DNA from: Candidatus Methylomirabilis limnetica
GTDB lineage: Bacteria > Methylomirabilota > Methylomirabilia > Methylomirabilales > Methylomirabilaceae
DNA: 32,000 nt
Direction of reading: 5' to 3'
NCBI RefSeq assembly: GCF_003044035.1
Contig: NZ_NVQC01000023.1
Location: 60,001 to 92,000 of the forward strand
Numbering within the stretch: the stretch's first letter is position 1; each line of letters starts with the position of its first letter. Below are positions 23,612 through 30,468 of this stretch, piece by piece. The notes beneath the pieces were generated by a model. It saw only the letters and a list, made by a program, of their open reading frames with translations, did not search any database and had not been told where the DNA came from. Both the position numbers and the translations under genes were made by a program.

Positions 23612-24402
23612 CGCGCTTGTGCCTCCTTACTAAGGAAGGCCTGTCGAAAGGCCTCCAGGTCTGCGGGTTGGACCTCTGGCCACGTAGCCATCTGCCGGTA
23701 GAGCCCCTCGGGATCTGCGCGCACCTGGTCGAAGAGCTTGCTTGTCGCCTCAACTATTATGTTCACGCGCCTATCTATCAATGAGGTAATGAGCGGTGAC
23801 AGGAGCTTCGTCACGAAGTGGAAGAACGGATTATCGATCTGGAGGTAGAACTCCGGGTCGCTCTCCATCGAGGTCCGGCTCCCTTCCCGCACTTCACGAT
23901 ACTGCAGGATCAGGACCATCCGACTGGTAAAGCGGAGGAGGTTCGCAAGGGATCGAAACTCTCCCTGAAACCGATAGATGCGCTGATCGCCAGTCGCTGT
24001 GATCAACCTCGCTTCGCCTCTTAAGGCGCCACGGTCTTCGACCGTGTAGACGCCTTCCCCGACCTGAGTAACGGTGTACCGATCGAGGGGTGGGTGCAGG
24101 CGCCTGGCCAGTTGCGTCGCCAATGGCGGGTGACCCACCAGGAACTCGTAGGTTCGGCGATCTCCTGAAAACCGAATCCGCGGAATCTGCCGGCGCAGGG
24201 TCGGCTTCGCGATGATCTCAATCGTCTGAGGGTCCTCAATGGTCCGGCCGATGTCAACTGCGGCCTCCGCCTCGACCGGCCAGGCGAGGGCGGCAGACAG
24301 ATCAGTCAAGGGCAACGCGCGGAGTGCGGGGTACGGGGTGCGGGGCACTACAAGGAGACCAACGACCAAAATGAGGCCCAAACCAGGACTAGATGTCAGC
24401 AC
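23608..24402 (-). CDS. hypothetical membrane-anchored protein
   Basis: Track ORF 23608..24510 overlaps the methyltransferase by 115 nt. The in-frame GTG at 24402 (7-nt overlap with the upstream stop) gives VLTSSPGLGLILVVGLLVVPR... (an N-terminal TM helix). No family recognised. Confidence 0.55.
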   Translation of the reverse strand: MLTSSPGLGLILVVGLLVVPRTPYPALRALPLTDLSAALAWPVEAEAAVDIGRTIEDPQTIEIIAKPTLRRQIPRIRFSGDRRTYEFLVGHPPLATQLARRLHPPLDRYTVTQVGEGVYTVEDRGALRGEARLITATGDQRIYRFQGEFRSLANLLRFTSRMVLILQYREVREGSRTSMESDPEFYLQIDNPFFHFVTKLLSPLITSLIDRRVNIIVEATSKLFDQVRADPEGLYRQMATWPEVQPADLEAFRQAFLSKEAQAR

Positions 24403-25097
24403 GGACGACCCTGGTCGGCGCGCCGCACATAAGTTGGACGCTTCCGCATGAGGACGTGGAAGAAGCCGTTCAGTCCCTCGCGCTCCTCCTCGATCTCCAG
24501 GATCTCGCACCGGTCGCTGAAGATTTGGGCGAAGTCGCGCTTGACGAAGAAGTGGTCATAGTGGTTACGGTGGACCTGCCAGTTGCGTGTCCGCCGCTCT
24601 CCGGGATAGTGTTTGAACTTGGTGCTGAAGACCGTCAGGTGGAAGTACCCCCCTGGCTTCACAAGCCCCAGCACGCGGTCAAAATAGATCGGCCAGTCGG
24701 CCTTCTTGATGTGATGGAATACTCCGCTGTCCACGAGCGCATCAAAACTATCCGGCTTCAATGGCGGTGCAAGGGCATCTCCTAGCAGAAGCCTGATCCT
24801 TGGAGTGAGTCGCTTCTCACGTGCTCGCTGCGCAACTGTCCTCAGTGGTGCAGCCAGATAATCAAGGCCAACAGTAAAGAGTCCGGCCTTGGCGAAGAGG
24901 AGCACGTGCCGTCCCTCGCCACAACCCAGGTCGAGGACCCGACCACCCCCCTTACGCCGCTTCAGGAGATGCGACAAGCGGCTGACGGCCGGTGTCGGTT
25001 CAGTGGAAGGCCAGGGGGTCAGCCCGCCCGACTCGTAGACCTGCGCAAAGAAGTTCCGCTGCCGGGTGTATAACGCACTTTGCCACTCGGATCTCAT
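24396..25097 (-). CDS. class I SAM-dependent methyltransferase
   Basis: 233-aa ORF. Motif I RVLDLGCGEGRH, post-I FTVGLDY, motif II/III FDALVDSGVFHH ... LVKPGGYFHL. Confidence 0.85.
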   Translation of the reverse strand: MRSEWQSALYTRQRNFFAQVYESGGLTPWPSTEPTPAVSRLSHLLKRRKGGGRVLDLGCGEGRHVLLFAKAGLFTVGLDYLAAPLRTVAQRAREKRLTPRIRLLLGDALAPPLKPDSFDALVDSGVFHHIKKADWPIYFDRVLGLVKPGGYFHLTVFSTKFKHYPGERRTRNWQVHRNHYDHFFVKRDFAQIFSDRCEILEIEEEREGLNGFFHVLMRKRPTYVRRADQGRPC

Positions 25098-25118
25098 GCT
25101 CGTGAAATCTCCGATACC

Positions 25119-25169
25119 AAATTCCCCCGTACCCCCCTTTTACAAAGGGGGGGAACTGGGGGGATTTTT
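25119..25169 (+). repeat. REP-like element, extended palindromic version, abutting the cytochrome c stop codon
   Basis: AAATTCCCCCGTACCCCCCTTT-TAC-AAAGGGGGGGAACTGGGGGGATTTTT: an inner C6TTT/AAAG7 hairpin plus outer C5/G6 arms. It lies between the cytochrome c stop (25168-25170) and the methyltransferase start (25097), so it may act as a terminator or attenuator. Confidence 0.7.
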
Positions 25170-25779
25170 AATGGGCGTGCGCACCAGCGGTCAAACTCTT
25201 CATGTAGGCTACTACGTCGATGAGCTGCTGGATGGTCATCGAATCGTTGTAGCTGGGCATCTTTGATTTGCCATCAGGACCGAGATATCCTTTATTTTCA
25301 GACTTATGGTGATTGATTCGCCAGGCCACGGAGGCGTTCGGATCGATCATCACCTCGACAAAATACTCCGCCGTGTGCATTGCTCCCATCCCCGAGAGAA
25401 CAGACCCCACATCTCCTTGTTCAGCTTTGGGTGAGGGAAAGTCTTCGCCACGCACTTCATGGCACTTGAAGCATTCGAAGTCGATAAAGACCTGCCGCCC
25501 GGCGTGATGATTTCCGGCCGGCATGGCAAACTGCCACCCTTTTGGCATCGCGAGGCCAGACTGCTGCTTCACTGGACCGCCAGGTTGCACCATCGTCTTC
25601 TGTGGGGGTGTCACCGCCGGATGATGGTGATGTTCACTGCTCATCTGGGGCTCAGCGCTCCACCCGCTCACAACCCGGAATGCTAGAAGACCACACGTTA
25701 AAACAACTCCGCCTATTAACGCCGCGCTTTTGAGAACATGGCGACCTTCGCGTCTTGCCTCTCTCCTCATTACCCACAT
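25168..25779 (-). CDS. membrane-anchored monohaem c-type cytochrome
   Basis: Single CxxCH (CFKCH) with a distal KMPSY Met context and an N-terminal TM helix AALIGGVVLTCGLLAF. I prefer the ATG at 25779 (AAGGAG 7 nt upstream) over the track GTG at 25797. Confidence 0.8.
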   Translation of the reverse strand: MWVMRREARREGRHVLKSAALIGGVVLTCGLLAFRVVSGWSAEPQMSSEHHHHPAVTPPQKTMVQPGGPVKQQSGLAMPKGWQFAMPAGNHHAGRQVFIDFECFKCHEVRGEDFPSPKAEQGDVGSVLSGMGAMHTAEYFVEVMIDPNASVAWRINHHKSENKGYLGPDGKSKMPSYNDSMTIQQLIDVVAYMKSLTAGAHAH

Positions 25780-25830
25780 TGTCTCGCTCCTTCTCACTCT
25801 CGATGATATCTTCTTGTTGCGAGGATTACT

Positions 25831-26358
25831 TTACGAGACAAAGACCCACACCGTGCCCCTCCATCGCTCGATCGAGCGTTCAACTGTGAGCTTGAGCCCC
25901 ACCCGATAAGGCGCCTCGATCGACTTGCCTCCTGACGCCACTGGCTTGCCGTCTTTGGCGAGGGCGATGACCGTCACCCGGATCGTGCTATTGGGCTCAA
26001 TGGTGGTGGGCTCCGTTGACGACCCGTCCGGCCCAGCCTTCACCCCAATCGGGTACGACATACTGTCTGCCGTGATGAATATCCCCTCTGTCCAGACCAC
26101 CCGGATAGTAGAGGCGGTAGGATTTGAGAAAGTGAGACTCACCTCTGCTGATCCAGCATTCGCTTGATCAATCTTGAACGGCACAGGACCCATCCCCTGG
26201 GCAGACTGAACCGTCACCTCATGCTTGAGCGGAGACAGCCTGATCGGAGACTTTATCGACCTGAGCTCTGGCGGCAGGAACTGACACCCTGACAGCCACA
26301 ACAGGGCCACCAACCCTCCCATACCTGCGATCCTCGACAAAACCCTATCAGACAACAT
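25831..26358 (-). CDS. lipoprotein of unknown function
   Basis: 175-aa ORF with RBS GAGGAGGAGG before the ATG at 26358. Lipobox LLWLSGC, and the remainder is beta-rich. Confidence 0.7.
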   Translation of the reverse strand: MLSDRVLSRIAGMGGLVALLWLSGCQFLPPELRSIKSPIRLSPLKHEVTVQSAQGMGPVPFKIDQANAGSAEVSLTFSNPTASTIRVVWTEGIFITADSMSYPIGVKAGPDGSSTEPTTIEPNSTIRVTVIALAKDGKPVASGGKSIEAPYRVGLKLTVERSIERWRGTVWVFVS

Positions 26359-26445
26359 CCCTACCTCCTCCTCGGCTCTACCCCTTACCGTGTCCGGCGT
26401 TCGTCAAAGGCTGCTGCATATTGCTCGATCAGCCCTTCATCAGCA

Positions 26446-26487
26446 GTAACTACTCAGGTGTTTAGGCTGTAGGCTGAAGGCTGTTAG
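26446..26487 (+). repeat. 42-nt repeat GTAACTACTCAGGT-N4-(AGGCTGW)x3, copy downstream of the NRAMP-like gene
   Basis: GTAACTACTCAGGTGTTTAGGCTGTAGGCTGAAGGCTGTTAG. It matches 29926..29967 at 37/42 positions in the same orientation (hand alignment). Confidence 0.8.
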
Positions 26488-26702
26488 CCGCTGCGCATAG
26501 ACCGAATCAAGGCGCCCAGGACTTTCTTCTCCTCGGCCATCAGGCGGCGGACCAACTCCAAGGCCGCCTTGATCTGGGCGCTCCTCCACCGGCCACGCAT
26601 TGATCGCTGACGCATATCGCTGCTTTGGCCCCATGCCCGCCATCCGCCCTTTTTACCCTTGCAAGCAGAAATCTGTCACGCAAAAGCCCTCGGCCGGTCG
26701 CC

Positions 26703-27938
26703 CTAAAAAATTGAGGTCACCAGCAATAAGAGCGTGAGCACAACTATCACGAAGGCCGTTCCCCAGCCGATTAGGTTGGAGATCGGCGAGTTCACCTGCG
26801 CGCCCATGATCTTTCGGTCGTTGATCAGCAGGAGCATGAAGACCAGGACAGCCGGGAGCAGGATGCCGTTTAAGGTCTGGGAGAGATACATGATGGTGAT
26901 GAGCGGCGCCTTGGGCCAGAGGATCAGCAGCGCGCCGGCGCCCACCATGCTGAGGTAGATGCTGAAGAACCCGGGAGCCTCGCGAAAGGTCCGATTGATG
27001 CCCGTGTGCCAGCCAAGCCCCTCGCAGACCGCATAGGCGGTGGAGAGGGGCACGATGGCCGCGGAAAAGATGGAGGCGTTCAGCAGACCCACGGCAAAAA
27101 GGAGCGTGGCGTACTGGCCTGCGAACGGTTCGATCGCCATCGCAGCCTGTTCGGCCGTCTCGATCTGAATACCGTTCGCATTGAGGGTGGCACCGCACGC
27201 CACGATGATGAAGAACGCCACGGCTGACGCGACAATACTGCCTGTCCAAACATCGAACTTGACGTACCCATAGTCCTGGCGCCGAACTCCCTTATCGACG
27301 ATCGACGCCTGGATGTAGAACTGCATCCAGGGCGCAATGGTGGTTCCCACGAGGGTGATGAGCATAGTGAGATAGTCGCGCTCGATATGGAAGGTTGGCC
27401 TGGCAGTCTGCCGCAGGACGGTGGGCCAATTGGGGCTGGCCAGAAAGGCCGACACCAGATAGACGACATAGAAGAGGCTGGCGCCGAGGAAGATCCGTTC
27501 CACGAGGCGGTACGTCCCCTTGACGACCAACCAGCCCACCAGGAGCGCGGCCAGCGGCACCGTTGCGTATCGGCTCCACCCAAAGATCTCCATGCTCGCC
27601 GCCACGCCCGCGAATTCGGAAACGGTGTTGGCCAGGTTCGCCAGCACGAGAACCACCATCACGCCAACAGTGATCCGGACCCCAAACCGCTCGCGGATCA
27701 GCTCGGCCAACCCCTTGCCGGTCACGACCCCCATCCGCGAGCCCATCTCCTGGACGATGCCGAGGGCGATGGTGATGAACAACAGCGACCAGAGCAGACC
27801 ATAGCCGAACTGGGCGCCGGCAAGGGAATAGGTCGTGATCCCCCCCGCGTCCTGATCGACGCTGGCGGTAATGATCCCCGGGCCCATGATGGCGAGGAAA
27901 CGGAGGATCCGCCGCTTCTTGATCCGCGAAAGCCGCAT
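26703..27938 (-). CDS. NRAMP/SLC11-fold transporter with an NRMT-type (Mg2+-like) site rather than an MntH-type site
   Basis: 411-aa ORF with about 11 TM helices. TM1 reads GPGIITASVDQDAGG (D-A-G-G where NRAMPs have D-P-G-N). TM6 reads GTTIAPW (where NRAMPs have GA.VMPH). Otherwise it has typical Nramp blocks (LAGAQFGYGLLW, QEMGSRMGVVTGKGLAE). Confidence 0.85.
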   Translation of the reverse strand: MRLSRIKKRRILRFLAIMGPGIITASVDQDAGGITTYSLAGAQFGYGLLWSLLFITIALGIVQEMGSRMGVVTGKGLAELIRERFGVRITVGVMVVLVLANLANTVSEFAGVAASMEIFGWSRYATVPLAALLVGWLVVKGTYRLVERIFLGASLFYVVYLVSAFLASPNWPTVLRQTARPTFHIERDYLTMLITLVGTTIAPWMQFYIQASIVDKGVRRQDYGYVKFDVWTGSIVASAVAFFIIVACGATLNANGIQIETAEQAAMAIEPFAGQYATLLFAVGLLNASIFSAAIVPLSTAYAVCEGLGWHTGINRTFREAPGFFSIYLSMVGAGALLILWPKAPLITIMYLSQTLNGILLPAVLVFMLLLINDRKIMGAQVNSPISNLIGWGTAFVIVVLTLLLLVTSIF

Positions 27939-27962
27939 CGAGTGTCCTGGGTGGTGAAACGG

Positions 27963-29270
27963 TTAGATGTACTTTTTCGCTGCCCGTTGTTTCCATATCA
28001 TCGGGAGGAGTAGGTTCAGGACGTCATCGACAGTGACGATCCCTCTGAGCTCCCCCCCCTCATCCACCACCGGCACGGCCATTAGATTGTACCTGGTGAA
28101 GGTCTCGGTGACCTCGCGCAGGCCGGTCTCCGGCCGAACACTGATGGTTTGCCGCTCCATGATCTCATCAAGCCGCTGGCTCTGGTCGGCCAGGATCAGC
28201 TCCCGAAGGCTCAGTACCCCTACCAGCCGATCCAGGTCGTCGGTCACGTAGATGTAGTAGATAGTCTCGGCCTCGGCCCCCTCCACAGATCGGAGCCGAC
28301 CAATCACGTCGGCCACTAGGAAGTCTGGCCGCAGAGCAAACGCCTCTGTGGTCATGAGCCCACCGGCGGTATCTTCCTCGTGCGTGAGCAGCTCAACCAC
28401 ATCCTGGGCACCATCTTCCTCCATCGTATCGAGGAGCTCCTGCGCCTTCGCCTCCGGCAGGTCGCTCAAGATGTCGGCCGCCTCATCAGGCTCCATGCGC
28501 TCCAGGATATCGGCGGCCTGCTCACTCTCCATCATCTGGACCATCGAGGCTTGAACCTCCGGCTCCGTCTCGGTCAGCGTCTCGGCGGCGGTCTCTTCGT
28601 CTAAGGACTCCAACACCCCTGCTCGCTCGCTCGGACTGAGTTCCTCGATGATGTCGGCGATGTCAGCCGGATGCAGCTTCGCCAGTTTGGCATAGGTTGC
28701 GCGTCGCTTGGTCTTGGTCAGCTCAGTCTCTACCGGCTCGACAACATCCCAGGAGATCGTCTCACGTTCCAGGTGGGTCTTGAACAGGCTCGCGATCTGC
28801 TCAGCCATTGCCTCGGAGCCGAGATGCCTGAGTAGGCCACGCAGACCTGCCTCGACCGCCACAAGCTGCAGCCGCCCTTCTACCTCCTGGAATTCAAGAT
28901 CGTTGACCCGGATCACCTTGCAGCGCTTGGTATCCACCACCTTATGGTCCAGGAGGCTCTGCGCCAGCTCCATCTCCTCAGGCCGCAACGGAACAGGCTG
29001 AAGCGCCTTAGCCGCTTGAGACAGATGAATCGCCGCCGGCCCCCGCTCAATACGCGCCACAGCCTCCCACGGCAAAATCAGCTCTTCCTTCTCGGATGTC
29101 AGGATCGCGAGCTTGGTCACCGGGGGCAAGGCCCCCAACGGTAAGAGGATCAGGTCCTTAAGGTGACCCACAAGCTGCCCATCGGTATCGAGTACCGGAC
29201 AGCGACGCAACGCGGAGAAGAGGAGAGGCATACTCTCCGCCGGCATTTGACCCTCTACCTCCCCCTTCAT
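27963..29270 (-). CDS. cytosolic MgtE N-domain + CBS-pair protein with PRC-barrel-like N-terminus (no MgtE membrane domain)
   Basis: 435-aa ORF. N-terminal VLDTDGQLVGHLKDLIL (PRC-like). Acidic helical repeats HPADIADIIEELSPSERAGVLESLDEE...EQAADILERMEPDEAADILSDLPEAKAQELL (MgtE_N-like). Two CBS motifs (GGLMTTEAFALRPD...; IMERQTISVRPE...NLMAVPVVDEGGELRGIVTVDDVLN). It ends 12 residues later with no hydrophobic helices. Confidence 0.85.
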   Translation of the reverse strand: MKGEVEGQMPAESMPLLFSALRRCPVLDTDGQLVGHLKDLILLPLGALPPVTKLAILTSEKEELILPWEAVARIERGPAAIHLSQAAKALQPVPLRPEEMELAQSLLDHKVVDTKRCKVIRVNDLEFQEVEGRLQLVAVEAGLRGLLRHLGSEAMAEQIASLFKTHLERETISWDVVEPVETELTKTKRRATYAKLAKLHPADIADIIEELSPSERAGVLESLDEETAAETLTETEPEVQASMVQMMESEQAADILERMEPDEAADILSDLPEAKAQELLDTMEEDGAQDVVELLTHEEDTAGGLMTTEAFALRPDFLVADVIGRLRSVEGAEAETIYYIYVTDDLDRLVGVLSLRELILADQSQRLDEIMERQTISVRPETGLREVTETFTRYNLMAVPVVDEGGELRGIVTVDDVLNLLLPMIWKQRAAKKYI

Positions 29271-29890
29271 ATCTGACCGCTTCGCATGCCTCTGCGGACC
29301 AGCGCATTGAAGGTGGAGGAGTTGGCAATCTCCTTTTTGTAGATGAGCGGATCGTTCTGGAATCGTTTCTGGATGTAGCTGTCCACTCGATCCTTTAACT
29401 CGTATGGCAACGGTCTATCATCACCTGTAGTCTCAGACGTGTCAGCCGGATCGCCGTACATCGGGTGAAGCTTCCTTAGTGCTGCTGCCGCTTGCCCTGG
29501 TGTGTGACCCTCCCCTGACCCTTTTAGACAAATTGTATACCGCTGGAGCCCGTCAACCTTTTCGATGAGTACTCGCTCAATGGCAGGAAGATTCCACCAC
29601 CACCGTATATCTGCATCAGTCACACCTTCCTGTCTCTTCCTGGCAAGTTGTTCTTTAATGAGCGGATCTGTCGATTCTCGTTGAAGCAACTGATCTCCGG
29701 AATCTTGAGCCATGCCATCTGCCTTCGAGCGTTTCAACTCCTCTTTCGCGTCATGGATCATGTCTCTAGCGGTGCGTAGTGCCTCACTGGCCGGTATGCC
29801 CATCATCGACTCAAACATCCGAGCATGCGTTGCCTCAAGCTGCCGTTCGTAATCTGACTGCTTTAAAAACAGATCGGAAAGGAAGCCCAT
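29267..29890 (-). CDS. hypothetical protein (207 aa), first gene of the transporter operon
   Basis: ORF with a GGGAGGG RBS 7 nt before the ATG at 29890. Its stop overlaps the next ATG (ATGA). Hydrophilic and helical, with no family recognised. G+C is lower than its neighbours by eye. Confidence 0.65.
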   Translation of the reverse strand: MGFLSDLFLKQSDYERQLEATHARMFESMMGIPASEALRTARDMIHDAKEELKRSKADGMAQDSGDQLLQRESTDPLIKEQLARKRQEGVTDADIRWWWNLPAIERVLIEKVDGLQRYTICLKGSGEGHTPGQAAAALRKLHPMYGDPADTSETTGDDRPLPYELKDRVDSYIQKRFQNDPLIYKKEIANSSTFNALVRRGMRSGQI

Positions 29891-29925
29891 TGGTAACCCT
29901 CCCTACGATTTTTACAAACCACAAC

Positions 29926-29967
29926 GTAACTACTCAGGTAGATAGGCTGAAGGCTGAAGGCTTTTAG
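29926..29967 (+). repeat. 42-nt repeat GTAACTACTCAGGT-N4-(AGGCTGA)x2.5, copy upstream of the transporter operon
   Basis: GTAACTACTCAGGTAGATAGGCTGAAGGCTGAAGGCTTTTAG, starting 35 nt beyond the operon start codon. See 26446..26487. Confidence 0.8.
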
Positions 29968-30068
29968 GGGTGAGTAATGCGCGATCAAAGAAAACTCAGA
30001 AAAGGTCTTGAATGGCTCGATTCGTGCCTTGCGAGATAATTTATAACCTTCAGCTCAGTTACGGGTGG

Positions 30069-30180
30069 AAAAATCTCCCCCCGACTTAATACATGCCGGG
30101 GCAGGCTCTAGCCCCTCTTTTCCAAAGAGGGGGACTATCCGTTTCCCCCTTTGAAAAAGGGGGATTAAGGGGGATTTTAT
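30069..30180 (+). repeat. composite REP-like element (two C/G-run hairpins between AAAAATCTCCCCCC and GGGGGATTTTAT ends)
   Basis: AAAAATCTCCCCCC (30069-30082); CGGGGCAGGCT (30097-30107); hairpin CCCCTCTTT-TCC-AAAGAGGGG (30112-30132); hairpin CCCCCTTT-GAA-AAAGGGGG (30145-30163); then ATTAAGGGGGATTTTAT (to 30180). Confidence 0.75.
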
Positions 30181-30290
30181 AAAAACATACCACATTTTAT
30201 TTAATGATTTCCCGCCTATCACTGAATGGTTACTTCTTTACGTTCATTTTCGTTGAGGGTCGATACCCTGCGGCTTGCCGCGAGTTCGTC

Positions 30291-30374
30291 ATACCGGCGG
30301 AAGCCGGTATCCAACAGGGCCGACTGGATTCCCGCATATCCAGTACGGGGCAGGCTTGTCAAGCACGGAATGAC
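30291..30374 (+). repeat. intergenic repeat with two hairpins and a 30-nt block shared with 6486..6515
   Basis: ATACCGGC-GGAA-GCCGGTAT (30291-30310); CTGGAT-N8-ATCCAG (30324-30343); ACGGGGCAGGCTTGTCAAGCACGGAATGAC (30345-30374), which matches 6486..6515 at 28/30. The + strand track ORFs here merely translate this repeat. Confidence 0.7.
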
Positions 30375-30468
30375 AATCAAAAGAAAAGGACATCTGGCGC
30401 ACTATCCTCGTTTGTCCGTAGGCAGGAACGCAGCACACCTGCCGCATAGGAGGCGCAAGTTCTGTAGC

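Noticed and set aside
26653-28013. ORFs 26653..27249, 27080..27583, 27292..27996 (minus) and 27387..28013 (plus) overlapping the NRAMP-like gene
   Set aside because: They are out-of-frame or antisense to a transporter ORF with clear TM periodicity and Nramp blocks, and their sequences are Arg/Pro/Gly-rich.
29891-30068. Mg2+ (M-box) riboswitch upstream of the transporter operon
   Set aside because: I could not recognise the conserved M-box helices or sequence blocks in the minus-strand leader. The region is instead occupied by the heptad repeat.
19427-30180. Recurring C-run/G-run hairpins considered as a CRISPR-like array
   Set aside because: The copies are kilobases apart and are not regularly spaced repeat-spacer units. 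No cas genes are present. They fit dispersed REP-like elements instead.
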